Part shown: one piece after another, positions 1 to 9,220 of the stretch
How positions within the stretch are numbered: position 1 is the first letter of the stretch
Layout: every line of letters starts with the position of its first letter
Assembly (NCBI GenBank): GCA_038227875.1
Contig: JBBRPR010000093.1
Span: 1 to 22,730 of the forward strand
DNA from: Planctomycetota bacterium
Lineage (GTDB): Bacteria; Planctomycetota; SZUA-567; H5-PLA8
DNA length: 22,730 nt
Direction: 5' to 3'
Program-made: the position numbers and the translations under genes
The notes under the pieces: generated by a model
Told to the model about the DNA's origin: nothing
The model's database searches: none
The model's input: the letters and a program-made list of their open reading frames with translations, nothing else

Positions 1-140
1 CCAAACTCCGCTGCCGTAACCTCTCCCATGTGGCGTATCCTTTCTGCCCCGCTGTGGGGGCTTTGGTGTTCCTTTGACAGATCACCAAGGATACGCCGCA
101 CTTTTCCTCCCGCCCAATCCACAAGATTTGACAATACCCC
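1..140 (-). mobile_element. Left end of an insertion sequence, probably IS256 family: terminal repeat, RBS and first codons of a transposase running out of the window
   Basis: Minus strand begins GGGGTATTGTCAAATCTTGTG at ~140, resembling IS256-family ends. AGAAAGGA RBS then ATG at 29 gives MGEVTAAEF... A perfect 11-bp inverted repeat (32-42/87-97) covers the RBS. Protein-like coding on + begins only at ~141. Family assignment is inference. Confidence 0.6.
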
Positions 141-510
141 CAGCAGCGATCAGAACATTCTGTTGTCGAACTACTTCCCGAAAAGCAGCTCGTCGTCGAA
201 CATCTTCGACAGCAACCTGTATTTCGCGCCCGGCGGCGCCGCGGCGGCCCGGTGGATCTTCAACAAGAAAGAGCGCATTGGCTTCGACCAGTACCGGAAG
301 GCGACAGGGCTAGAGTCCAAATCCCAATTCATCGATCCATTGTTTGCGGCCCCTTCCGCTTCGCCGCCCGACCTGCGCCTTGGCACTCGTTCTCCCGCCA
401 TTGACGCCGCCGACACGGCATTCCAACCCGCAGCCGGCGAGACAGATTATGCTGGATCTCCCCGGTTGCAGGGGAACGCTGTTGATTTGGGCGCGTTAGA
501 GTCTCAGTGA
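141..510 (+). pseudogene. 3' fragment of a secreted right-handed beta-helix / choice-of-anchor-Q-type protein gene, interrupted by the IS
   Basis: C-terminus DPLF...DLRLGTRSPAIDAA...DYAGSPRLQGNAVDLGALE* matches the choice-of-anchor Q tail pattern. The first ~38 codons of the 28..510 ORF are IS-derived and not protein-like. Confidence 0.7.
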
Positions 511-617
511 GCACGGGAAGCGGACGAACGTCCACGCAACTCGAAACGAATTTGAAGTTGCCGGTATGGCACGCTTATAGTCGTCAGAAAATCACAGAGA
601 CGACAAATGTTGGCTAG

Positions 618-729
618 CAGTCCGTTGAAAAAGGTCAATTCCGCCGAGTTTCTCCGTGAAACGCCTGGCAGTAAAGGCGCTTCGCGGCGCAGTACAGGGG
701 TTATCACACAGGGGTTTATCAACGGGCTG
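618..729. mobile_element. MITE copy 1 (112 bp), IS1182/IS5-type ends
   Basis: Terminal inverted repeats CAGTCCGTTGAAAAA...TTTATCAACGGGCTG. CTAG on both flanks (614-617, 730-733). Homologous to 8692-8789, with a small internal duplication of ACAGGGGTT(T)ATC. Confidence 0.85.
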
Positions 730-1357
730 CTAGTGTAGTGTATTGAAAATAGAGTGACCTATAGCAGCGCGGACATGTTTCCTTTTCGAGGAGGGAACTT
801 GAACGTAAAACACGATCGATAGCAAAAAATAAGTTGTAAAAAGTAATACTAAAGGATTTATCACTAGTGCAATCGGTTTCAATAGCAAAGTCGGACATAT
901 TTTCCTAGCGACCCAACTGCATTTTTAAGTCATTTGTGCGTAATATTTTGTGGATTTTAAATATTCTGTTCATGACTTCTATTTGATCAAAATAAGCCAA
1001 TCTCCATGTTGTAAATAGTAGGACTGCTGTTTTTCTGTCAGTCCAGTCAAGTGTCTCCTTGGCGCCGCTATTTGTTGGAGGTGCAGCTTGTTCCATCATC
1101 GCTCCAAGGTCAAAAGTCCGCTTGGACCCGTGGAAAGCCCACCTCTCGTCAGCGCTGCGGCTGCAGCCTCCTCGTTCTCAGCGGCCGAAACGCAGGGCTG
1201 GCATGCAGATGCCAGCTGGCTCTTTTGAATGTCGGAATCGTCTCGGTTTAGTACTGAAACCTCTCGCTGTATTGCTCTACGGCTGGTGTATCTTATGCCA
1301 CAGCGCACGCGGGAGATCGAGGCTGTACGCGCATTCCTTCACCTGAGAGGCATCGCC

Positions 1358-3949
1358 ATGAATCCACGCTACACCGCTCCAGTTCTGACCCTCTCGATCT
1401 TTGCGACCCTTGTATTTGGGCTCGCCACATTCGCGCTGGCAGGTGTCTCCGCGGCTGACACGCCGACCGCGCCAACCGCTGAATTGATCAGCGCGCTGAA
1501 GAAGGTCAAAGACGGTCCGCTGCCGCAAAATTTCGACCCCGGGCGCGGCGTGGAGTTCCTCGGTGACTACATCTACCTCAGCGGCATCACCGCCGGCACG
1601 ATTCATTATTTCAAACGAGACGTAAAGACCGGCACAGTCGCCTACGTCGGCGCGATCAACGACACCACGATCAAGTCGATGATCTTTCTGAAAGCCGCCG
1701 GCGGACACCTGTACGGACTGGGCTGGACCGTCTGGGGCGTCAACGACGACGGCAAATGCAAAGGGCTCTCCTGGTACGACATCGAACCGGGAACCGGCAA
1801 ACCCGTCCAGAAAGGCACGCTCGATGTCGCCTCCGCCGCGCTGTTCAATGCGCGTTTCATCACCGGTCCGGAAGGCAAGGAACTCTACGGTCTGTTCAAC
1901 ACCGCCGCGGGCGTGAAACTGACGTGGGTGAAACTGGCCGCCGACGGCACGCCCTCCGTGGGCGGCGAAGTGGCCGGGCAGGGGCTTTCCGAAAACCTGA
2001 GCCTCTCGCCAGACGGCAAGTTCATCTACTCTGTTGCCGATCACAAGATTTCGATCATCGATCGCAAGCCCACCGGCGAAATCGCGTACAAGGGCAACGT
2101 TTCGCTGGATCCGCTGTATCCCATCGATGGCCCCAAGGCCGAGAACGAACGCGATCTCCGCCCGTCGCTGGCGGGTATTTCTCCCGACGGCAAATGGTTC
2201 TATCTTTGCATGCACAGCAACGAAGGCTTCGCCAACAGTTACTTCGCGATCTACAAGCGCGACGTCGCATCGGGCGAGCTGACGCTTTCGGAAGGTGGCT
2301 CGGCGTCCAATCCCGTCTGCGCCCGCTTCGCCAATCTGGCCGGCATGGAACTCCAGTTCCTCCCCGGCAGCAGCACCAAGGCCTATCTCACGAGCGGAAG
2401 TTGCCTGCTGCAATCCGTCGAGGTGGATGGGGCCACCGGCCGGCTGTCGGTCCTCTCCGATCTGGTCTTGGGGAAAGCGGAAGAAGTGAAGTGCCGCCCG
2501 ATTCAGCCGATTCTCTTCGATTTCAAAAATGGTCTCATGTACGGCATGGGCGTCTGGCAAACTGGATCGTACGGCGAACACCAGCGCGGGCTCTGGACCG
2601 CGAAGCTCGGCACAACACCCGCCACCGGCGAACGCGCGGACCTCAAAGCCACTGTCGCTTCCGCCGCCGACGCCAAGCCCGCCAACGAAGCCGACTGGCC
2701 CTGCTGGCGCGGTCCCAACGGCGACGGCAAAGTGTCGCTCAAAGGCATCCGCAAGGATTGGTCCGGCGGGTTGCGAAAAGTCTGGGACGTCGCCGGCCTC
2801 AGCCCCGGGGACGTCACCTGGTCGGCGCCCATCGTCCAGGGCAACAAGCTCTTCGTGATGGGCACCCACGGCTTCGTCGACGAACTTTTCTGCTTCGATG
2901 CCGACAAAGGCGGCCGCCCGCTCTGGATCTCCGAACTTCCCGGCGGCGGAGGCGATGTCACGCGTTCGGGCGGTCGCGACGGCTGGTGCGGCGGGCCGGT
3001 CGCCACACCCTATGCCAGCGGCGACAAAATCTACGTGACCGTCGGCGGCCGCTTCACCTGTTTCCAGGCCGCCGATGGAAAAGTCCTGTGGCGCAAGAAC
3101 GTCCTCTCCGCCTGCCACGTCTACGCTGCCAGTCCACTGGCCTGGGACGGCGTGTTGATCGTGCCTGGGATCTTTCCCCCTGGCGAAAAGCCGAGTCTGC
3201 TCGCCGGATTGAAAGCCGACAGCGGCGAGATCGTCTGGCGCTACGGCGTCGGCGAACCCAATGGCGGCGACTCGCCCACATTCGGCCACGTCTCTCCGTT
3301 GCGCATGAAAATCAACGGCGTCGAGCAGGTCGTCTACAACACTGGCGCGCTGGCTTGCGGCCTCGACCCCAAGACCGGCAAGCCGTACTGGGAACACCGC
3401 TACGTGGTGAAAGGCTCGAACGTCAATGCCACCGAACCGGTCACCGACGGCAGCATTCTCGCCGTGATGCTCGGCGATGGCGAAGGCTCGCCCATGGGCG
3501 TCCAGATCGAGAACAACACGACCGCCAAACCGCTGTGGGGCAAGAAGGGTTTCCGCGCGATGTGGAGCGACCCGATTCTGCGCGACGGATTCCTCTATAT
3601 GTTCGCGTCGGACGGACTCTACAGCGCCGGCAACAGCGACTTCCGTTGCGTGGATATAAAGACCGGCGACGCCAAGTGGATCGAAAAGAAAACCGGCTGC
3701 GGCACGACCGTCGAAGTCGACGGCTCTCTGCTCTGCCTGACCTATTCCGGAGACCTCTGGCTGCTCAATCCGACGCCGGAAGGCTTCAAAAAAATCACCG
3801 AATGGAAAGGTGCGATCAAGACCGAGCCCTGGTGGACCGCCAACGGCGGCAACTCCCCTGCCCCCTGCTGGTCGGTCCCGGTAATCGCGCGCGGCAAGCT
3901 CTACCTGCGCTACAGCAACACTCTGGCCTGCTATGATTTGTTGAAATAA
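1358..3949 (+). CDS. Secreted double beta-propeller protein (863 aa): lactonase-like propeller plus PQQ-binding-like (BamB-like) propeller
   Basis: GAGAGG RBS before ATG 1358, preferred over the 1229 start; signal peptide. N-half has lactonase-type blade repeats (LSLSPDGKFIY, ISPDGKWFY, YKRDVASGELT). C-half has DWPCWRGPNGDG, CFDADKGGRPLW, GLDPKTGKPYW and WSVPVIARGKLYLR...CYDL. Confidence 0.9.
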   Translation: MNPRYTAPVLTLSIFATLVFGLATFALAGVSAADTPTAPTAELISALKKVKDGPLPQNFDPGRGVEFLGDYIYLSGITAGTIHYFKRDVKTGTVAYVGAINDTTIKSMIFLKAAGGHLYGLGWTVWGVNDDGKCKGLSWYDIEPGTGKPVQKGTLDVASAALFNARFITGPEGKELYGLFNTAAGVKLTWVKLAADGTPSVGGEVAGQGLSENLSLSPDGKFIYSVADHKISIIDRKPTGEIAYKGNVSLDPLYPIDGPKAENERDLRPSLAGISPDGKWFYLCMHSNEGFANSYFAIYKRDVASGELTLSEGGSASNPVCARFANLAGMELQFLPGSSTKAYLTSGSCLLQSVEVDGATGRLSVLSDLVLGKAEEVKCRPIQPILFDFKNGLMYGMGVWQTGSYGEHQRGLWTAKLGTTPATGERADLKATVASAADAKPANEADWPCWRGPNGDGKVSLKGIRKDWSGGLRKVWDVAGLSPGDVTWSAPIVQGNKLFVMGTHGFVDELFCFDADKGGRPLWISELPGGGGDVTRSGGRDGWCGGPVATPYASGDKIYVTVGGRFTCFQAADGKVLWRKNVLSACHVYAASPLAWDGVLIVPGIFPPGEKPSLLAGLKADSGEIVWRYGVGEPNGGDSPTFGHVSPLRMKINGVEQVVYNTGALACGLDPKTGKPYWEHRYVVKGSNVNATEPVTDGSILAVMLGDGEGSPMGVQIENNTTAKPLWGKKGFRAMWSDPILRDGFLYMFASDGLYSAGNSDFRCVDIKTGDAKWIEKKTGCGTTVEVDGSLLCLTYSGDLWLLNPTPEGFKKITEWKGAIKTEPWWTANGGNSPAPCWSVPVIARGKLYLRYSNTLACYDLLK

Positions 3950-4123
3950 CGGCCTTGAACACGCGGCGTTTAATAGGCCTTTGGGCTCCAGCCTGGACGG
4001 GCTTGCCATCTCGGGCTTCGACAGGTTTCGAAAACAGTGTCGACGACGCCGATCCGTCAGACATGCGCTTGATCTATCCCCCGCCCGAGCGGACCCGCGC
4101 GTCCTTGGTCGCGGGCACCGTGA

Positions 4124-5241
4124 ATAAGTTACTTTGCAACCTCCGCGATTTCTTTGGCGCTCAGTGCGCGGTTGTAGATGCGCAGGTCGTCGAGTTCTCC
4201 TTCGAAGCAATTCTCGCCGAGGTGCGACTGGGCGACGGTCAATGGAATGCCTTTCAGATTGAAATTGCCGCTAACGGTATCGGACTTCTCGCCGTTGAGG
4301 TAGCTGATCAGCGTGGTGCCGTCGAAGGTCATCGCCACATGGGTCCACTTGCCGACTTCCAGTTTGGGGCTTAGTTGCGGTCCGCCCCAGGTACCGAAGG
4401 CGGTGCCGCCGGCGGGGTTGATCAGCCAATGGTGGCTGCCATCGCCCTCTCCACCCAGCAGCAGCAGCCACGCGCGCGTCTCCGGCAGTTTAGCGATCTT
4501 GATCCATGCCATGATGGTGTGTGGCGTATTTCCGGGGGTGAGTCCGTTGATGCTGGCGACACTCGCTCCGCTGTTGGAGCCCGCGGGGAAGGAGAGAGCG
4601 CCGTTGCTTCGGCCTTCAACCCAGGCGATTCTGCCGTTCAGCGTTCCGTCATTCAGATTCTCCGAAGCGTCTTCGGCGGTGGAGCCCATCCAATCTTTAA
4701 GTTTCCAAGACAACACGACGTCGCCGCCGGATTTGAGCGGCGCCGGGTTTTCAGACACCGTAAACGTCAGCGACTCACTGCGCGGCTCGCCCTGATCGAC
4801 CGGAAAGCATGGATACGTCAGATTGACGGTGTCGCCGGCTTTCCATGTTTTGTCGGTGGTCAGAATCACGCCGGTCGGAACGAGTTTGACATTCGTCACA
4901 GCCGCGCCGGAGATAGCATAGGTGGAAACCGCAGTCCAGATTTTGTGATCGAGGGAAGCTTTGCATTGCAGCTCGATCGTGTTGGCCTCGCATTTTGTGC
5001 ATTTAAGAACGCGCGCGGCACTCCAGCTGAACGCGGACACCGGCAGGCCGTTCTTCCCTTTTAGCGAGCCACTCGCTGCATACGAAATTTTGAATGGCGC
5101 GGGGACGTCTTTGATGTCGATGACAAGACTGTCACCGTCGAGCTTCGTCCTGGCCGGTTGGATGCCGGTGCGGCTGATGATCAGAACATCTTTCAAGCCA
5201 TTGGGCCCCAATGAGCCACCGGTCTGTCCGAATTGGAAGGT
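4124..5241 (-). pseudogene. 5'-truncated copy of the 3' 1.1 kb of the 13512..16475 gene (beta-rich stalk plus LamG domain)
   Basis: Colinear, indel-free match to 13507-14624 at constant offset 9383; about 47 mismatches by hand count (~96%). Stop at 4129-4131. No propeller region and no convincing start. Confidence 0.85.
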
Positions 5242-5622
5242 CGCGGCGATTTCGTGAATGTCGGCAGCACCGTTAATTCCGCCACAACCGACAACGCTGG
5301 ACAGAAGAACCCAGCAGCACCGCCTGAATTCTAGTTATTCCAATTCTCCTATGGAAAGAACTCGCACTACCGAATCTTCACTGCCGCGTTCAATCCAAAC
5401 GTATTCGCCAATGCACCAAATGTCGCGGATTTCTCGCCCCTGCAAGGTGCGCCGTTAGTCGCCGAGGTGGGCCGCCTTGACGGAACACAACTTTCTTGTG
5501 AATAAACAATTCAAGCGAGTAAACGCAAGAGTTCTTGGTCGGCAAATGGCGTTGGAAGCCAATGGCAGTCGTTTAGGACTGGCATTGGGACTTGCATCGT
5601 CGCCCTTAAAAGACGAGGTCCG

Positions 5623-6012
5623 CTAGTTTGACGGCGCTATCACTTTCGGAGACATCCTGACTATCACCGTTTTCAACTTCATCGCACAGTCCTCGGAATT
5701 GGGACTATCTGAGCGCAATGCTGCCAGAGCGTGATCGATGGACTTGTCGACCACTGTCCAGGCCGTTTCCGATTTTGGCCGCATTACCACTTCTGCGTTG
5801 TCCCAGGCCGTTTCTAGATCCTTGATCCGCGCTTTGGCGCCGGCCATGTCCTTTTTCTCAACGATTGCCAGCGTGTCCTCGGCAATTTTCTTGAATTCGG
5901 CAAGATCGCCCAGTGCGGCGATGTCGGCACTGGCAGTGGTGGGCTTTTTTGCGGTGGAACAGCCGGCGAGTTGAATCAACACCAACACAGCGAGGATAGG
6001 TTTTTTAAACAT
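5623..6012 (-). CDS. Small helical lipoprotein (129 aa), paralog of 7928..8299
   Basis: MFKKPILAVLVLIQLAGC lipobox. GGAG RBS lies inside the end of secDF, and the ATG is 1 nt after the secDF stop. Motif LGDLxxF...KxLExAWD...WxVVDKxID.AL. Confidence 0.9.
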   Translation of the reverse strand: MFKKPILAVLVLIQLAGCSTAKKPTTASADIAALGDLAEFKKIAEDTLAIVEKKDMAGAKARIKDLETAWDNAEVVMRPKSETAWTVVDKSIDHALAALRSDSPNSEDCAMKLKTVIVRMSPKVIAPSN

Positions 6013-6013
6013 T

Positions 6014-7828
6014 CTATTCTCCAAGAACAGGCGTCGTTACGGATTTCGGCGTGCAAGTAAGGCTGTACCAGATTGGACAAACCAAAAAAATCGACGAATA
6101 CGCACCGCAGATCAATCCCAGCAGGATCGCCAGGGCGAACATTTGTAGCGGTTCGCAACCGAGGAAAAGCAACGATGCGGACGCGGCCACCACGGTGAGT
6201 ACGGTGTAAAGTGAACGTGACATCGTCTGCCAAATACTCAGGCGAATCACCCGCAGCAAATCCTCGTTTGGCAGCAACGCCCGGTTTTCACGCAGCCGGT
6301 CGAAGATCACGATCTTATCGTTGATTGAGTAGCCCATCACCGTCAGGATCGCCGCGATGAATGTTACGTCTACTTCAAGCTTGAATAACGCGAATAGTCC
6401 CACTACGACCAGGATGTCATGAAGCAGCGCAAGAATGGTTGCCACGCCTGTCTGCCACGAAAACCGCCACGAAATAAAGAGCAGAATTCCCAGTCCCGAA
6501 ATCACGATCGACTGAATCGCCTTCGCGCCCAGTTCGGCCGCCATACCCGGATCGGACGTGTTCTCTTCGAACACTACCTTCGCGCCGTAAACTTTCTTAA
6601 AGGCGTTAACGGCCTGATTCAGGTCATCGGGCGCGAGCACACCGTCGAACCGAGCCGCGACGTGATCATTTTCATTTCCGCCGATCGCCACCGTCGCCGC
6701 CGGCACACCCGCGTCGAGAAAAATCTGTTCGGCCCTTCGCTGATCAATGGTTGCACCGACATCGATGTCCAGCGCGGTGCCGGCCGTGAAATCAATGTCC
6801 CAGTTGAAACCATAAGCGTAGTAGCCCCAGCCGCCGGCGGCCAGGATCGCCAGTGAGAGCCCCGCCGCCCGCCAGCGCGTTTTGACGAAGTCGTAGCGGC
6901 GCTCCGGCGCTTGGTGGAGATTCGGGGGGAAAAATGCGGCCGCGGGAATTGCATTACTGTTCACGAGCAGGTTCAGCAGCCAATGCGACAGAAACACATT
7001 AGTAACCAGGCTAATCGCGATGCTGGCGATCATGCTCAGCGAAAAACCCTGAATCGGGCCGATGCCCACCGCGTAAAGCACGATCAGCGCGATGCTGGCT
7101 GTGATGTTCGCGTCGAGAATTGTGCGCAGCGAGCCTGAAAATCCTGCTGGCACCGCTGCTTGGAGCGCTTTTCCATGCCGCAACTCCTCCTTGATGCGCT
7201 CGAAGGCGATGATGCTCGCGTCGGCGGCCATGCCGATACCCAGCACAAACGCTACGACCGCCGACAACGAGAGCGTCGCATGAATCAGATTGAAGAGCAC
7301 CAGCATCAACCACAGATGCGTCGCCAGCATCAGCACAGAGACGACCCCGGCAAGTCGGTACATCGCGATCATGAACGTCAATACCAGCATCGCGCCGACA
7401 ATACCAGCCGTGAGCGTTTCCTTCAGCGCCGTTGCGCCAAGCACCCCGCCGACTGTCTGCGTGTAACGTTCGACCAGCTTTGCCGGCATCGCTTCCGGTC
7501 CGCTGAGGATTTCGCGGATTTGGTCTTTCGTAGACAATCCCGCGATCTTGATGCGAATGCGATTAGAGCCTTCCAGTGCGATCTCCGGCTCCGCCATACC
7601 CAGCGAATTGGCCCGGCGTTCCAGGATGGCAGCGGCCGCAACAAGTTCCTGGTGCGTTAGTGTTTTGCCGGTGTTGAGCGGTTCGGCCGCGTACAGGATT
7701 TCATAGCCGCCATTGAATTCGAGTCCCAATCGGATGTTTTTAAGTAGTCGCTTCGAACTCAATCCGACTACACAAGTCAACGCTGCTATTGTGAACAGCG
7801 CCAGAATCAGCCTGTTTTTTTCGTGCAT
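6014..7828 (-). CDS. secDF: Fused protein translocase subunit SecDF (604 aa), unusually short
   Basis: AGGAGG RBS 5 nt before ATG 7828. SecD motifs LGLEFNGGYEILY, IGMAADASIIAFERIKEE and TILDANIT; SecF motifs DIDFTAGT, ALLHD, GYSINDKIVIFDRLRE, TMSRS and GAYSSIF; about 12 hydrophobic segments. Confidence 0.92.
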   Translation of the reverse strand: MHEKNRLILALFTIAALTCVVGLSSKRLLKNIRLGLEFNGGYEILYAAEPLNTGKTLTHQELVAAAAILERRANSLGMAEPEIALEGSNRIRIKIAGLSTKDQIREILSGPEAMPAKLVERYTQTVGGVLGATALKETLTAGIVGAMLVLTFMIAMYRLAGVVSVLMLATHLWLMLVLFNLIHATLSLSAVVAFVLGIGMAADASIIAFERIKEELRHGKALQAAVPAGFSGSLRTILDANITASIALIVLYAVGIGPIQGFSLSMIASIAISLVTNVFLSHWLLNLLVNSNAIPAAAFFPPNLHQAPERRYDFVKTRWRAAGLSLAILAAGGWGYYAYGFNWDIDFTAGTALDIDVGATIDQRRAEQIFLDAGVPAATVAIGGNENDHVAARFDGVLAPDDLNQAVNAFKKVYGAKVVFEENTSDPGMAAELGAKAIQSIVISGLGILLFISWRFSWQTGVATILALLHDILVVVGLFALFKLEVDVTFIAAILTVMGYSINDKIVIFDRLRENRALLPNEDLLRVIRLSIWQTMSRSLYTVLTVVAASASLLFLGCEPLQMFALAILLGLICGAYSSIFLVCPIWYSLTCTPKSVTTPVLGE

Positions 7829-7927
7829 CAATGCCTCCTACGATTTGAGACACGAAAAATGTAGCGATCTTCGAAAATTAGGTGGGAACTTGACCTTTAG
7901 TTAGGGTGTCAAAGTAACCGCTAAAAA

Positions 7928-8299
7928 TCACTTTTTTGAGGGCGTGCAGATATCGATGACCGCTTGGATTGCGTCCTTGCACTTGGTAGAATCGGTCTTG
8001 TCGGCGCGCACGGCGAACAACGCTTTGTCGATCAATTTGTCGACCACGCTCCACGGCGCCGCTGCCTTTTTCTTGAGCGTACCCTCGGACGCGTCCCACG
8101 CCGATTCCAATTCTTTCATTTTCGCCTTAGCTTCCTTCATGTCGTCGTCGTTCACGGCCTTGAGCGCCGCGTCGGCCGACGATTTGAACGCCGAGAGATC
8201 GCCAAGTGCTGAGACGTCCGTATCAGCGGCGATTGCGCCTCGGACCAGGCCCAGTGAAACCACGGCAGCAAGAGTGGCAATACAAATCATGCGCGTCAT
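7928..8299 (-). CDS. Small secreted helical protein (123 aa), paralog of 5623..6012
   Basis: GGAGG RBS 7 nt before ATG 8299; Sec signal ending AIA-A. Gapless alignment with the lipoprotein, 41/93 identities by hand. Confidence 0.9.
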   Translation of the reverse strand: MTRMICIATLAAVVSLGLVRGAIAADTDVSALGDLSAFKSSADAALKAVNDDDMKEAKAKMKELESAWDASEGTLKKKAAAPWSVVDKLIDKALFAVRADKTDSTKCKDAIQAVIDICTPSKK

Positions 8300-8691
8300 T
8301 GGCAATCCTCCACGAGAGTTGCGAAAATATTAATCTTCGCGTTGGACGAATACCATCCTCCTCATCCTCTATGAAGAAAGTGTAATAATTTCGGGTACCA
8401 CTTTAACGAGTTTGAGGTGAAATAAATAGTAAAATTGAAACTGTACTATGAACTGAGTTATCGTCGCTTGAATCAAACAAGTCTGCGGTTTTTAGCCGCA
8501 CTCATTCCTCGGTATTCATTCCATGGACCAGTGAGATTGGCGTATTCATAGACGTGAGCTTTTGGCCCAGGTCGGCGCAGTTTGGTAGGAGTGGGCCATC
8601 GACCGGATTTGCGTAACCCACTATCGAATCTAGTCTTTACATTAGCCAGTAGTAGTGGTGTGAGTCCTTGAGAAACGAGGAATTCAGTTAG

Positions 8692-8789
8692 CAGCCCGTT
8701 GAAAAAGGATTCTTCCGGCAATTTTCTCCGTGAAACGCCTGGCAGTAAAGGCGTTTCACGGCGCAGTACGAGGGATTATCAACGGGCTG
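8692..8789. mobile_element. MITE copy 2 (98 bp), IS1182/IS5-type ends
   Basis: CAGCCCGTTGAAAAA...ATTATCAACGGGCTG, with TTAG on both flanks (8688-8691, 8790-8793). Perfect 13-bp internal stem CCGTGAAACGCCT-N8-AGGCGTTTCACGG. Confidence 0.88.
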
Positions 8790-8984
8790 TTAGGGTTCCC
8801 TGGGGCGTTCTCGGCGGACTCCCGCCAAATCAGCCACCGCGCCCCGAACGACCTCACCTACTGAAATGCGATGTGCGGACGCGTATTGTCTTATCCATGC
8901 GTATTCGTGGGCAGAAATACGGAAATGAATAATTGCGTTTAACGCCGACGCTCCGAGCGGTTTTCGGCCAGCTTTTTGTTTCAT
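8790..8984 (-). CDS. Small basic protein (64 aa), possibly ribbon-helix-helix (CopG/MobC-like) DNA-binding protein
   Basis: GAGGG before ATG 8984. GRKP leader, strand-like IIHFRIS, then two helices (AHEYAWIRQYASAH, ISVGEVVRGAVAD). The stop is the TAA within the MITE flank. Confidence 0.5.
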   Translation of the reverse strand: MKQKAGRKPLGASALNAIIHFRISAHEYAWIRQYASAHRISVGEVVRGAVADLAGVRRERPREP

Positions 8985-9220
8985 TCGGGTTAACCCTCTG
9001 TTGAAAAACGCAGAAATGAAAAACTTATTAGGGCCGGTGGAGGCTTTTGCGTGAACGTGAGAATACTCAAGTGTACCGCGCTCAATATTCAGGAAAGGAG
9101 AGCAGATATCGTTGAAGAATACTTTCACGACCACTATTATGTACCACCGTAATGAACAACATTGGAGCTGGATTCCTACGCAACCCTGCCGATGAATGAG
9201 TTGGATGACAAGAGATTTAC

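Noticed and set aside
28..510. Intact 160-aa gene
   Set aside because: The N-terminal part is translated IS-end sequence; only the part after ~141 is protein-like.
1277..4210. 977-aa minus-strand ORF
   Set aside because: Antisense shadow of the GC-rich 1358..3949 gene; no motifs, Arg/Ala/Gly-biased. The same applies to 1756..3936 and 18130..19380.
567..5597. Sigma54 promoters at 567 (TGGCACG...), 1200 and 5580
   Set aside because: None has the required GG-N10-GC spacing: GT at -12 in the first, off by one base in the other two.
8365..8392. OmpR/PhoP-like box upstream of the secDF cluster (minus strand TTACA...TTCAT)
   Set aside because: Too degenerate to distinguish from chance in AT-rich DNA.
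8992..9010. Third MITE/IS end (CCCTCTGTTGAAAAAC)
   Set aside because: Partial match only; no partner repeat or target duplication found.
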